A DNA stretch of 64,000 nt from Aplysia californica (lineage: Eukaryota): NCBI RefSeq assembly GCF_000002075.1, contig NW_004797271.1:438672-502671 (forward strand), in the 5' to 3' direction. Below are positions 12,201 through 25,800 of the stretch, one piece after another; positions within the stretch are counted from its first letter, which is position 1, and each line of letters starts with the position of its first letter. Below the pieces are notes generated by a model. The model searched no databases, was not told where the DNA came from, and was given only the letters and a program-made list of their open reading frames with translations. Made by a program: the position numbers and the translations under genes.

Positions 12201-15200
12201 AGAAACTGAACAGCTCTCGTCGACGGGTCATGCTGGTCAACAGTATTCTGCAGAATGTGCAAGTATGATGTACTTCCTCTTTTTGGCCCATGTTTTCATA
12301 CGTTTTATTAGTTTTATAACTATTAACGCAATCCCGCATAAAACTCTGGTCAGAAAATTACCCCCCCCCCCCCCCTCCCAATAAGAGAAAGGGCATAATT
12401 CTGACTAAAATATTGTTTTTAAAGTTGTTTTTTTAATTGCCTCACATGATAAAAATACCAAATAAACTGCCAAACAGAGATTAAAGATTGAAGTTTTGAT
12501 TCAATCAGCAGTGTCAGTGCTTCTGGGCCTATCCTTATTTTCTGGTTGATCCACTGATGAGCTCTAGTTCTGTCTTTGTGGTTTTATTCGTCTTCCTTGT
12601 CTGACCCATCAACTATATCTAATTTCTCCTCAATATCAGACGTCTTCTGACCAGGTATTAGCCCCATGTTTATTAATCCTCTCCCTTTAATTTTATGATA
12701 ACCGGATAGTTTGCCATTTTAGAAGGGATCAGTTTTGTACTAGATTCAAGCTCTACTTGGGAGGAAAAAGTTCAAGAAACCAATGAGGTTACAGGAAACT
12801 TTCAAGTTGTTTTTCTCAAATGCATTCGGTGTACCCATTGCTCACAAAAGGGACCATATCTCAAAAACTATTACAAGTATCTGGAAATTTTTCTAATAAC
12901 TCCCCCCCCCCCCCCCCGAAAAAACCTAACCCCAAGTCATCAGGGAAGGTCACTCTATGCAGAAATTGAAACAACTACAATTACTTAAAAATTGCACATG
13001 AGGACCCTTTTCTCAGGCAGACCCACAAATTCTCTTTTCCAGTGTAGTGTAGCTAACTATCAAAAGCACTAGTTTAATATTACAAGTATGTCCTGGTATT
13101 TTCGTTTTTGTGTGTGTGTGGGGGGGGGGGGGGTTCATTGCACACACATAGCCCTCCCTTTTCCAGCTTGCCGTTGTCTCTTACCCACTCGACTCCACGG
13201 TGTTGCAAGAAAGGAAAGTTAATGTTGTATCACAGAGAGGGAAAGCTGGCATGTTGCCAGTGTTGCGGGGAGTGAAAGTTTGTGTGTTGTGTTATCAAAG
13301 GGAGGGAAAGTTTGTGTGTTGTCAAAGGGAGGGAAAGTTTGTGTGTTGTCAATGGGAGGGAAAGTTTGTGTGTTGTCAAAGGGAGGGAAAGTTTGTGTGT
13401 TGTCAATGGGAGGGAAAGTTGGTGTGTTGTGTTGTCAAAGGGAGGGAAAGTTGGTGTGTTGTGTTGTCAAAGGGAGGGAAAGTTTGTGTGTTGTCAAAGG
13501 GAGGGAAAGTTGGTGTGTTGTGTTGTCAAAGGGAGGGAAAGTTTGTGTGTTGTCAAAGGGAGGGAAAGTTGGTGTGTTGTGTTGTCAAAGGGAGGGAAAG
13601 TTGGTGTGTTGTCAAAGGGAGGGAAAGTTTGTGTGTTGTCAAAGGGAGGGAAAGTTTGTGTGTTGTCAAAGTGAGGGAAAGTTTGTGTGTTGTCAAAGGG
13701 AGAGACAGCTGGCAAGTTGCTGAAGGGGGGTGTGTTGTCGAAGGGAGTGAAAACTGATGTGTTGTCAAAGGAAGGGAGGGTAAGCTGGCGTATTTCCAGA
13801 GTGAAGTGTCGCAGAGAGGGAAAGGTGGTGTGTCGTCTAAGGGAGGGAAAGGTGGTGTGTCATCTAAGGGAGGGAAAGTTGCCATGTCGTCTAAGGGAGG
13901 GAAAGGTGGTGTGTCGTCTAAGGGAGGGAAAGGTGGTGTGTCGTCTAAGGGAGGGAAAGCTGGCGAATTGCCATAGAGTGAAGTAGTGTCGCAGAGAGGG
14001 AAAGCTGGTGTGTTTTCATGAGTCATAGTCAAGGTGTTTCAGCTGCTGTCTGGAGAGATTGTCAAGTGTCAAGGTTTCTTCGTGCTATACGTCGGTTCCT
14101 CTTTTATTGATCAATTTAATAATACAGTCGAAATTGTCCAAGACAGACGAAGCAGAGAATTTTTTTTCTCGTAAACAGTGTAATCTTAATGTTATTCTGA
14201 AGTTAGGCTTCATTGGCAAGTTTCTGCCTCTCGTGTTTTGCTCTTACTTCCCTGGTGATGGTGTCTAGCTTGGTCAATTTTTAAAAAATTCGGGGGGAGG
14301 GGTGTGCTGACCTGCCTTAGCAAAGAGGAGACGTAGCTTTTAACTGTGACATGACATGGCTGATGATGTCATAAATGACGCTGGGTTTTGTGTTTTCTTC
14401 ATGTTTGGTGATAAAACACGATCAGTTGTCAGGGCAGGGGACTTACACAGTGAACAAGACGAGGCCTTTGACAACATTAGGCGGCTGATGATATCATAAA
14501 CTGGTCATAAAACATGGGTCGGAGGTCACAGCACTGGTGAACACAGTCAGTCAACAAGAATAAGCATGTAGGGTACTGAATCTTTTTGACAGGACAACAT
14601 GATTCGTCCTTTGGGTCATAGACGTAACGTCTATGTCTCTTCTCTCTCACCATCAATAATTCAAGTGTACCTCACGTTTCACTACTAGGAATTTAGGGCA
14701 GCCAAACATTTACTCACTTGAGCCTGAGCTATTTTTCACCCAACAATTATTTCAGCCTGACAGTTTGGGGGTATATTGAATCGTTGACCACAAAAAGACT
14801 GTAAAAGCTAGCATAATATAAAAAAAAATGCAACAAATGAAAGAAAGAATGCTTTCACAGAAAAACAAAGCTGCATCTAATTTGTCCCAATAGTTTTTAT
14901 TTTATCTATATTTTGAAATTGCAATGTCTGGGGTTACACCATTTTTTTAGCGCCCAGTTTATAATAAAATCATCTATCGCAATGCAGAGGTGACCGACCT
15001 TGTCCATTATAGCTAAAAAAAAGCATCACACATAACTTCACCAAATTTTTAACAATACGAAACAAGTGGGTCAACTGTTCGCTCGCTTGCCGCTTCCTGC
15101 AGCTTGTAACCGAAAAACACAGGAGATATCGATCGACAAAGCACATCCCATAATTTATACACGGGATTAGGCCACCGGGCTTGCGGTGCGTCCCATAAAT

Positions 15201-15403
15201 ACACGGGAATAGGCTCAAGTGAATTAAAACTATTTCTTTGCCAAATAATTAGTGTTGGTCTTTATCACTCTTCTTATACTGTATTGTTCTTTTCTTCTTT
15301 TTTTTTTCAGGACAGACTGAATAAACTACACAATAACATCTCTAAAGAGACAGCGCGCAGAAAGACAATGCTTGATCCATCATCACCCACACATCAGAAG
15401 TGA
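6565..15403 (+). CDS. SNAPIN: SNAPIN (BLOC-1 subunit 7), 125 aa; join(6565..6683,11682..11728,12144..12262,15311..15403)
   Basis: Spliced product MSGQGETPLNMEHRDAVTRGLVDLLKPAVDEIDDRVKSVRQSQVELRQQIDSLCDDLKKIAESDPVPMELEPYVKKLNSSRRRVMLVNSILQNVQDRLNKLHNNISKETARRKTMLDPSSPTHQK carries Snapin motifs (SQVELRxQID, PYVKKL, RRRV, KETARR); GT-AG introns with phases 2,1,0. Confidence 0.96.
6701..6797. repeat. ~100-bp foldback / micro-MITE
   Basis: GGCGCTTTTTCGGTAGTTCCCACCCC pairs with GGGGTGGGAACTACCGAAAAAGCACC; flanked by AATTTTTT / AATTTTTA. Confidence 0.7.
6994..7598. mobile_element. Non-autonomous Mutator-like (MULE) foldback element
   Basis: 9-bp TSD TAAGTTAAA (6985-6993, 7599-7607); ~35-bp TIRs containing the palindrome TAGCCGTACTTAAGTACGGCTA, which also recurs internally. 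Confidence 0.75.
7647..8305 (-). mobile_element. Chimeric retro-insertion: LINE/SINE 3' tail plus a copy of 4709-5455
   Basis: 7728-8310 is near-identical to 4709-5455; 7647-7727 is an (ATT)n-type tail in minus orientation; AAGTTATAA flanks both ends. Confidence 0.7.
8395..9924. mobile_element. Non-autonomous Mutator-like element
   Basis: 9-bp TSD TTTTCATAT (8386-8394, 9925-9933); subterminal palindromic units CTATTTCTCCGAACGTTCGGAGAAATAG at both ends. Confidence 0.7.
10068..10668. mobile_element. Non-autonomous DNA transposon with ~85-bp subterminal inverted repeats
   Basis: 10104-10192 is the reverse complement of 10586-10668; a related copy lies at 44567-45043 and begins TTAACCC. Confidence 0.7.
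11545..11643. repeat. 24-bp minisatellite, ~4 copies
   Basis: Unit TGGTCTTCACTTTTCAATAAGTTA, just upstream of the SNAPIN exon 2 acceptor. Confidence 0.9.
11682..11728 (+). CDS. SNAPIN: SNAPIN coding exon 2
   Basis: CTCAG|..QSQVELRQQIDSLCD..|GTAAG. Confidence 0.93.
12144..12262 (+). CDS. SNAPIN: SNAPIN coding exon 3
   Basis: TCCAG|..PYVKKLNSSRRRVMLVNSILQNVQ|GTATG. Confidence 0.95.
13270..14012. repeat. Minisatellite of 24/29-bp units grading into 27-bp units
   Basis: GTGTTGTCAAAGGGAGGGAAAGTT repeats, then GTGTCGTCTAAGGGAGGGAAAGGTGGT repeats. Confidence 0.95.
15311..15403 (+). CDS. SNAPIN: SNAPIN coding exon 4
   Basis: TTCAG|DRLNKLHNNISKETARRKTMLD..TGA. Confidence 0.95.
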   Translation, partial: DRLNKLHNNISKETARRKTMLDPSSPTHQK

Positions 15404-16499
15404 TGAAATGAAATTTTGTACATTTCAAACTAAAGTGCAATGGACCATTGAAAGCTATTCCTTCGCCATTCTTCTCAGATAGAAATTAGTGCATTGTTGT
15501 ACATGAAGTTGTGAGAGATGTGAAAATGTCATAGATGTTTTGCTGCTTGTAATTGTAAAAGAGGCACAAGTGTTTGTGATGACTATTTTGTGTTGCTTCC
15601 AAATGTAGATATATATATATATATAATTTTTTATTTGAGTTTGAGTCAGTTGTATAGAACATTTTGCGTGGAGGCTTTGGAAAACCAGAGAAAAGATGGG
15701 CTTGTCAATTTTGGGTCACATGTCAAAAATGAAAAATTTCAGGATGTGGGTCAAAAATGGTCAATTTCATTTTAGGATGTAAAGAACAAAAATAGTCAAT
15801 TTCAGGTCCAAGGTAGACATATAAATTTTATTTTTTTATTTTAAAGGCTCAATTTAGGGGGAGGGGGGAATGAGTTTGCAAAGCTGAGATCATTTATAGC
15901 TTACATCATGTTGAAGCTACATTCCAAGTGAGAGTTTGTGCAGAAAGTGGAAGTGATTGTGCAATTGAGAGGTCGTCTGCTCAGAACTATTTTGTCCAAA
16001 GTGCCTCTTTATTTAAGTATACTCAGGACCACATAGTTCTGAGGTGACGGGGTGAGAAGAGTTTCATTATTTTAGCTGTTTTTGATCATTGTCCGGTCAT
16101 GACACAATTGCTTGAGTCCTTTTTGTTCAGGTTTCTGTATGGGAAAAATGCCAAGTACTGGTATCTTTTGTTCAGTATAGTAAGTAGGCTTTTGTTTTGT
16201 GAACTTGAAATTCATGTATTCAAACAATTTCACTTTTGCTCAAGTCCTAAAGTTGACTTACTGTTATTTTATTGAAATAAGTTTTCTCAAAGAAATTATG
16301 AAAAAAAATGACTCGAGCAATTTTGTGTTCAGGCCATAAAGAAGTGTTCTTTTTTGATTGGATAAAGCTTTTTTTCTGGTTATCTGGTGCTATTTTAGTG
16401 ATAATAGTTTCATCGTGGTCATTGGATGTTACTCAAAGTTGCTGAGGGATGTGTTGTCGCAACTTGTGTGACGTTAGTGAGGGAGATTTTTTTATGAGT

Positions 16500-16797
16500 C
16501 GTGTAACGGTAACGAGGGAGGTGTTGTGGCGAGTGATGTTGTTACTGTTGTTACGGTAACAAGGGAGGTGTTGTGGCGAGTGATGTTGTTACTGTTGTTA
16601 CGGTAGCGAGGGAGATGTTGTGGTGAGTGATGTTGTTACTATTGTTACGGTAGCGAGGGATGTTGTTACTGTTGTTACAGTAACGAAGGAGATGTTGTGG
16701 CGAGTGAAGTTGTTACTGTTGTTACGGTAACGAGGGAGGTGTTGTAGCGAGTGTTACTGTTACGGTAGCGAAGGAGGTGTTGTTACTGTGACGGTAT
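16500..16797. repeat. ~46-bp minisatellite
   Basis: Unit GTTACGGTAACGAGGGAGGTGTTGTGGCGAGTGATGTTGTTACTGTT with deletions in some copies. Confidence 0.9.
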
Positions 16798-17368
16798 TTG
16801 TATATTTACCTTTTTATTTATTTTAAGTTTAAGCTCCTCTTTTTGAGACTGGGCGACCATCGTGTGGCCAAGTTCTTCCTCATCTCTCTATTGAGGATTC
16901 ATTTGGTTTGCTCCTAGTTAGCTGGTGGTCCACTGGTAGGTCCTACTTCTTTCTTGCCCTCCTCTTGTAATTTCTATCTGTCTGTCTATCTTGCTACTTC
17001 TCTGCTCTAAACAAAGGTTATCCTGCCGATGTTTTTTTTTCTTTACCCAAACTGGTTTGCTCTCCGGAGCTGACTGCTGCCTCCTTTATTGTCACCTCTA
17101 ATAGCACTAGGACATTTCTGTGACTTAATAACGCTGACTATATGGCAATAAATCTGTGTGTTGCACATCATAGTGTTCAGTTCACTCAACATTTTAAACA
17201 CCAGTAATGTTGACGTGATGGAGGCAACACAATCGTTCATCTTTGGGTAGACACAATGTGGATCCCGGGGGACGCAGAGAAATTTGTAAAACATTTGCTA
17301 TATATATATATATATATGTGTATTCAAATATTTGCTTTTCTCCCCCCCCCCCCCCATTAAATGGTTTA

Positions 17369-17979
17369 GAGTACAAACAGAGTGAGCCCGTTGGCGTTCC
17401 AGCGTTAAAAAAACTGGTTGTCACTGTAACAGTGATGTACTTGTTTACACCCACCCGTGCCTGTTCCAGCTCTGTCGGGATAGATAGAGACGTGTTGTTT
17501 TAGAAGGTGAAGATAGCGGGTTCATAGAATCCACCAACGGAAAGAGACCTACAGGGAGTTCCACCTCCTTGTAGGTGGAAGTTTTGAATGACGAGAAGTG
17601 CCTATCTTACATTTGAATGAAACCAAGAGGGGAAACAAATTTTCGAAAACCTACTATGAAAACTGATTAAAACTGAATAATCATCACCTCCTTTATCAGA
17701 AAGAACCTGCCTTTTTCTTACAACCTCTATCAAAGCTTCCACCTCCATCTTCTTATTCGTTGCTTGAAGAAAGAAAGAAAAAAATGTTTCCACGCTTACC
17801 GAAATTTAGTGCAACACTGAAAAAAAATTAAAACTCCAGCGAAACAACAGGTGTGGTACAGGTTCACCCTGGGTTTTAAAATGGCTCCACTCCAACCGGT
17901 GCATAGCAACTTGTATTACTTCAAATTGAGACCTGTCATATCGCTGGAAAAAAAATGGCAACGGGCCAACTCTGTACTC
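17369..17979. mobile_element. PIF/Harbinger deletion derivative
   Basis: TIRs GAGTACA..GCCCGTTG..TTCCAGC with TTA on both flanks; contains a decayed transposase N-terminus (RVHRIHQRKETYREFHLLV, + strand, ~17510-17575) and a MADF-like start (MEVEALIEVVRKRQVLSDK, - strand, ~17690-17748). Confidence 0.7.
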
Positions 17980-19446
17980 TTACGGAGGGCCAACTCTGTA
18001 CTCTTACGGAGGGCCAACTCTGTACTCTTACGCAGGTCTTTTTTTTTTCTTCATAAATATCATGTACAAGTAAATAATGCTCACAAATATTTGTGTTATA
18101 TTGTCATTCAAGTTGAAATACAAAGATCGAGAGATTTGAACATGGTGTTTCAGTTGTTTTTTGTGATTTTTGCCCCCATGAACATTTAGATGGTTGGCGG
18201 GTGCTCTAGTGTGGTTTGCTCCTTCCTTCCTATCAAACATCTTCTATAATCTTTATCTCCCTTCCTTCTTTTTTGTGTTTGTTACTCTCTTGTAACACCT
18301 CAAATCTTAGGCAGATATAAGTTAGATGACCTTTTTGTGTTGCAAGTGCCGTAAAACTCTTACTAAAAAAAAGCACATATAGATGGCGTGGGGCTGCTTC
18401 CGTCCTGACTGTCACAGTGTCGGGGTCAGCCTGGGCTGGAAGAGATGCATCCCCCCAGCAGACAGTGGGAGATCCTCAACAAAGTAACTTCCCTGTATTA
18501 GAAAAGAACTAGTGTCATCTGCACGCAACGTCTTACCTGTACGAGGCACAGACATATGTGAGGGGTGCTGACAAAATGTTACCATACTTCTCGGATTTTT
18601 TATGGAAATTGATTCATCAACTTTAAAGGTGAAGTTTGTACAATTTGTAAGTGTGGAATAGTAAAAGATATTCTAAACTTGAAGAAAATGGCATCAATTG
18701 AAAATATGTAAATCTGACCCCAGTGTCAATTTTCGCCCGATATCACCATTCTTGAATTGCAAGAAGTTACTCATTTTGTCAACACACCTCACATAACACT
18801 ATTAACACAGGTAGATCTATCTCAACCATGTCGGAGATTAACACGTTCGATCCATCCATAGTTCAAGTAAATCGTGTTTTTGTTTGAGTGAACAGAAGCA
18901 CATTGACACAATAGTGGTCATTTAGTGCTGGAAGAAAGTAAGACGGACAAGAATAACAGAGGGAAAGAAATAAGTAGGACCTACCAGTGGCACCCTTCAA
19001 CCAGTCGCAAGTAAATCATGATATAACTAAACTAAAATCTATAAATATTGAAGAAAATCAAGGGATGACAGTATAAGGGCTGGTGGGAAAATAAACCACC
19101 GCCATCATGAAAAGTACCCAGTATTGATAAATGGAGATAAAAGGACGGATAGTGTGACGCCTTGCACGGTGTCAAAGCAAGAGAAAAAGAGTTACGTCAC
19201 TAAACCTTACTCTCAAAAAAAAATAATTTTAACAAAGAAATTGCTCTTACACACGACCATAACAATATTCAACAGTGGTCAAAGTCAAAGCACACAAATC
19301 TTGACAATGGGTCACAATGGGTGCGTTTCTTTTCCATCAAATGTGCAGGGCAATTTGAATTTGTGAGGAAAACTTTGATGAGACTTTCCGAGATGAGCCG
19401 TGGGTATTCAAGTTTATGGTGTTGCAAATAAATACCAAAATATATA

Positions 19447-19853
19447 TGTGTGAGGCAGTGTGGTGGAATCAGGCTCTCGCCAAAATAATCAAAATGAAGA
19501 AACTTGCATTTTTCTGCAGGTTTGTGAATTTTTATCAAATTTTTGTTTTTTGGTTCAACACCTTTCATGCCCATTAAAGAACTCATTTCTGGGTGGATTT
19601 TTCTGAAAAACGTAGATTAAAGGTACAATAAATGTAAATTTTCAGTTGCAACGGACTCTTAAGCTAAGGAAATAACTAATCTTTGGCGCCATTTTCTCAC
19701 TAATTTTACCTCTGAAAACAGGTGACCCCCACCTCCTTCATTCGCAAATATCTCGACCTGTATTCAAGATAAATGGATATTTTTTTCATCCAAATACAGA
19801 TACATGAACAAACTTTAAAATGATATCAATAAATAAGTCTGCCTCACATATAT
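19447..19853. mobile_element. MITE, family A
   Basis: Same termini and internal sequence as 4137-4780. Confidence 0.75.
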
Positions 19854-22800
19854 ATTGCGGTCCAGTCAGGGAATGGCATATCCTTTGAGCTATCTATGAA
19901 TTAGAGTTTTCAGTGTTGGATTTATCTGTGCACAACTGTATATTGTAGGTAGTAGAACAAACACACACACACACAAAAAACCAACAACAAAAAGTGATAC
20001 TGTCAGAAATTTTATTTCATATTGCTAAAGTTAATTTATACCAGGAGTTTCCAGCCCAAACAAGGAAACAGAAGTGACTATTGCCAGCTCTGACGAGTGT
20101 ACAGTAATGCCAACTTGCCTTTGTCCTAAATTAGTAACTACTGGCTTGGTGAGTCACGCCAGGGAAACAGACTGTGGAATTTCACCGTACCAGTACAGCA
20201 AAACATGCATGTAACCAACATCATGAATAAAATGTACAATGCTAAGAGAAAACTGGTGAGAAGACCCCAAAGGGAGAAAATATTTTGTGGGGGAGTGATG
20301 GGCAACATTTCCATGTGAGTGGTCTCCCTGACAACAGAATAATAGATCTCTACCGCCGATATCGGTCAAACTCAAACATCTTGTTTCTGTACCTGTTATT
20401 TCATAAAGTAGAAGTGATAGAATACAATATGTATCTATCTCAGGTCTGGAGGAAATGAATTCAAAATATAAAAAAATTTTTAAAGCCCTGAGAAAGGAAT
20501 GAACACGAATGATTGGAATTCTGCGGTTCAACGAATGTTGACTTTTGACAGATGAAATCTGTATCGAGATTGACTGCAAATGTTGACACACGTTACCCAT
20601 TATAGGTGTCTGGCTGCTTTCACCTTGCCTGTCTAGGCCAACTAAGGCCAAGTGGGGCACAACATCCTTGCAGACAGATTTTTTAAAAAATAAATAAACC
20701 AAAAAAACCCACAAGATCCAAACTCATGTCATCAGCTTGCAAACACTAAAGATGCTGGTACCAGTCTGTGATAGCACTGTACATTTTACCAGTCAAAAGC
20801 TGTTTCACTCTCAGCTCAGCTTCTTTTTAAAGACAACATTGACATTACCAATATATCTCTAACCTACAGACACTATCAGGTCTCTTTTCCCCCAATGCGA
20901 ACATTTCAGCCTTTTTCCAAATGAACACTACATCAAGAGATGTAGGTCTATAGGTCTAACAAGAGAGTCTATCCATACTGAACCCAGGGGTTTCCCTTAG
21001 TTGTCAAAATTTTCATGCAACCAAAGAAAATAGTACATTGTCCACAATTCAAACTGTACTTTGAAACATAAACCTGGAAATTTTACCATATACCGAGTTT
21101 TGAAGTGACTCAACACTTGTGCAATATTTTTCCATTGGGGGGGTGTGTAAAGGAGGTGGGTTGATAATGCTGCGATGCAAAAAATCAAGAAGACACTACA
21201 TCATCAAATTTCTGTGACCGAAATGTTTCTTCTCAGGGGTGCCTGAAGCCAATCATCAGCTTCCTGGAATTTGACATGCCTCTTTTCAACACAACTAATT
21301 ACAAGGTTGGGCATCCAGATTGACTTTTCATCTTGTACTTGTAATACACGAATGGGAGGCGAGATAGGAAATGAAAAATTCTCCTAAGCAACATAGGTTT
21401 AAAAACAGGTTTGAAACTATGTCAGCCACACCATAGTCCCAAGTCACTTCTTCCAACCAAGACAACAGTGTGTGACTTAATAGTAGTGTGCCCTCTTTGT
21501 GAGAAGAGAAAAAAAACAAACCAGCAAACGGAGAACAAGCCATTTGAACGGACAGCCATTGGAAATTGGAGAAATCAGAATAAATGCCAAAACATGACAA
21601 AGATCAAAGTAACTGGAATGATTTCAATGGAATTCAAATGGAGCTTGTTACAACTCTATAAATCTGGAATGAAGTTTGGATGACCTGTTCACAAATTGTA
21701 CAGGATGTGAGAACTTGAGAACTTGTATGACCAGTATACTGTATAGTCACGGTCAGCCCAGACAGACATGTTAAAAACTGAGTATTCAAGAGAAAGAAAA
21801 ACTGGTCGATTTGCACAACCTATTGAACAAAATGCTTGGTAACATTTTAAAAATAAATAAATTTAAAAAACTCCGATCCCTATCCTTCTCACTCTGTGTA
21901 CCTCCATCTTTGTTTTCACCAGCAGCAAGCAATTAGAGGATGCTGGCAGAAACTACTAGAACTACAAGAAATAAATTGTACATTTTTCCCCGAGGCAATA
22001 TGAAACAAAATTAGTCTTGAAGCAGGTTTTTCCCAACATATCATCACCAACTATGAAAGTGTCAAAACAACATTCTACATCATCACACAATGCAACGAGA
22101 ACAAGAAACTAAGCTTTTTTTTCTTTTTTTTTTTCTTTTCAATATATTCCTACTGGTGGGATCTGGAGGGCATTAAACAAAAATCTCTTTTCTCAGAATG
22201 AGGGGGCAAAAATCTGTGGGGCTCTTTACCTGTGCGTAGTAACAACAAGACTGCTATCATATGGAAAACTTTTCGGTCTATAAATAGAACACAGCACCCA
22301 ATCTACGCATGTCTAAACATTTGAAGCCAACAGCTAACAATACTTACTTAAAGTACAAAAATATACAATCATCAGAATTGTCCAACAATTTCTCACTATG
22401 AGTTTTCTCACAAGCAGCGCAAGACCTAACTTTTCCTGGTGCTACCTCAGGTTCAAGCGAGAGACCCAAGCAAAAATAAAATGGATGGAAATCATCTTTC
22501 CTCTTTGTTATTGCACAGTTTTCCTTGAGCATCAGTATCTTAAATAACATTTCTGTCTGAAGCACAGACCAGCTAAAGCCCCCCATCATAAAAATAATTT
22601 TTTTTAAAGTCTTGTCTAGCACATTCTATGCCTCTAGTTCACCCCACACATTGACCATTATTTCTCCTCTATTTGATTCCTCAACAAAAAGAACCCAAGA
22701 CAAACCCCCAAAACCATCCTTTGTTTCTCGTCCTCTCCCAACACACGAGGACAAACCGGGTTATCAACAACTTGAGAACATTGGGAGCAGGGTGGGGGTG

Positions 22801-25800
22801 CAGGAAAAGCAGCCATCCTCCGCCTTTCTCCTCGCACAGAAATTACAACAAACAAAACCAAAAAAATAAATTGTTGCTAAAATTAGATGATCATATCCCC
22901 TCCACCAAGAATTATGTTACAAAAGAAACCAAAAATCAAACCAAAGATCTGCTTGCTATATTAAGTTGGCATATGTCTTTACGTACATCATGTGTCAATA
23001 TTAAGTTCAGAAGTCAAAGCATGACTATAAGAAAAAACAAAACAAAAAAACTCCCCCCCCCCCCCCCCCCACTAAAATAACAACACGACATCATCTACAT
23101 TATAATCTTGTACTATCAATCTAACATATCCCATGTGATCAAATATGAGGTTTCCAGATTTAGCAACAACTCTCGAGTGGCCAAAAAGACAGGGGAATAA
23201 AATACACATCTTCATATTACTGAACACCATTTTATAGCTTTTCTTCGGGGCGCTCTCCCCCCCCCCCCCCCCATTTCCCATATTAGTTATTTGCGGACAT
23301 TTCGAATTCCCAATTTGCTACACTTTGCACCAAGTATGTATTTGGATTCCAATGCAGTAACACCCTTTTCAACATTTCGTGAATAACTTAAAATTCGCAG
23401 ATAACCTTAAAAATCGAGAAAATCACAAAAATAAAATAGCGCCCGACCCCCCCCCCTCCCCCCAAACCACCCCATGGTATTCAGAATATTCATCTTTATC
23501 AGGAACACCCCAACACAACACTCCAGCACTTGCTGATAAGCAAGCTATTTTCTCTGTACAGATTCTAGTGCTTTCAAAAATAAACAGCAATAAAGCAAAA
23601 ATAAAAATTGTTAAAACAAACCCAGAACAAAAGTTCCGTAGTTTTCTTCATCACAGTCACGAGGTTTCATCTCACAGTCAAGTCTTATAAATTAGCATAT
23701 ACATTTTTATCATTTGAGCTACTAATTAACCAATGACTTTCAGCGAATCGTAAGAAAAAACAAAAGTCTAGGCCAGCACTGCAAAAACCCTCGGGTGACA
23801 CACAAATAGGGCACAGTGCTTCTCCAAGATAAAGAACCCAGCACCACAAAATCATGACCACCATTAACCGAAAGAACAGCATGAGCGCTTCTCAAAGTTT
23901 TTAGCCAACAGGAAATGGGTTGGGGTGGGGGATATATGTAGAAACTACTCAATACCCGCTAGCTACAGTAAGATTTGACACAAGTCACTTGGATCTACTC
24001 CGTACCCTCTACCTACAGGACCCAATAGAACAAGTTCCGATACAACAAAGAAATAAAAATCACAAGAAATCACAACCTCAATCGATATAATGTACTTGAA
24101 TTACACAAACACAACACAAACACTGGACACGTCAATCCATGACCAATCTAATTAAACACAAGGACATCATAACTCTGGAAATAAGTTCATATTTGCTTAC
24201 TCTTGGTGCCTTAAGAATACATGATAAATCTGTTAGATTATTTTGAATACTCATGACTCCATAACTTTAGAAAAAAAAGTCCTCAATTTTCTCTCAGTGT
24301 CTCATTGATCCTTGAAAAACCTAATATTGCAGTCATTGCGACGTTATCCTGGTGGGAAAAAAAATCTTTTCAATTTGCACCAAGTCTCAACATTAAAAAT
24401 ATCGCAGTGTGCAGCCACCACCCGGAGCCAATTCTAAAAGACCCACGTTTTACCTTTCACATCTTGTGAAACCAACATTAAAAATGAAGAACACAAAAAC
24501 TAGACGGAACAAAAACGTTGCCATTGACTGACCAAATCCCAGAGATGCAAGATCCAGTTCTAGTGTTAAGTAGACAGTACATGAAGAATTGCTCAGTCAC
24601 ACATCACAGAGAAATTTTGATAGCAAATGCTAGNNNNNNNNNNNNNNNNNNNNNNNNNNNNNNNNNNNNNNNNNNNNNNNNNNNNNNNNNNNNNNNNNNN
24701 NNNNNNNNNNNNNNNNNNNNNNNNNNNNNNNNNNNNNNNNNNNNNNNNNNNNNNNNNNNNNNNNNNNNAACATACCAAGATTTTTAAAAGATGAAACAAA
24801 TCAATAAAAGAGGAGCAGCGCTGCAAATCATCACAAACGCATAACTTAGTTTACTACTTTGTCTGCTTGCAGAAACAATAAACCGATTGTTTCACGAAGA
24901 TGAACATTTGTCTGTTCCGATTCAAATCCAAACACTGAAACCCTTTGAAACAAATTTGTCATTTAACATTTGTAAACTAGAACTGAAAAGGGACGTTCAA
25001 GATTCTCTTTACCTCAAAACATCCCGCCTTTTCCTTTGGGCATGACTTATTTTTCATAATAGAAAAATGAAAAAAAACCCACAAAAAACCCCCAACAAAA
25101 CAACCCAATAAACAAACATATTTTAAGAGAGAGAAAAGCCATTAACAGAGTTGACTAGAATGTCACATGAAATTAATGCAAGATAAATAAAAGTTGAGGT
25201 ACTAGTTAGCTAAGGTATTCCAGATACCTTGAGATTAAAAAGTCGAAAACCAAACTGAAAAAGATGATATGTTAAAAACAAAACCCAACAGAAAAAATTG
25301 TCATGATCAGAAGAGATTCCAGATATATTGGTGGTTAGCAAAACATGCAGCAAAAACCAACAAACATAATGGAGAAAATGTAGGGAGGAGGAAATAAAAT
25401 TACATTATGATAAACATTAATAAATTCGGTGAGATAAATCTGTCAATTCAAAACGCAGTCGACACAATTCAACATAGAACATTGGCTCAGATCCCTTTGA
25501 TTTCACAACCAAAACCCCCATCCCCACAATATATTCCTTTTCCTATATTTTTAATACTTCGCCTCGGCCTTTTCCAGCAACCTACAAGATAAATAGATGC
25601 GTTTCATGAAAAAAGGTATGGTGTACCTATAAAAACAGGTCTAACTACAAATAACATAAATCTGCAATAAATGTACACACACACACAGACTCAAAAACGA
25701 AAAAACCTACGGATTTTAGAGTGAATACAACCTCTGTCCAATAAAGGTGTTCACAGTCCCACCCCATTTTTCGACATTCTACGAACAAACAAAAGTTTTT

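Noticed and set aside
13200-14032. Overlapping repetitive ORFs (CCQREGK.., PPFPPLDDT..)
   Set aside because: Translations of a minisatellite in SNAPIN intron 3, open in several frames on both strands.
20154-20714. 186-aa minus-strand ORF
   Set aside because: No recognisable domain, non-ATG start, and it lies in the probable NPDC1 3' UTR.
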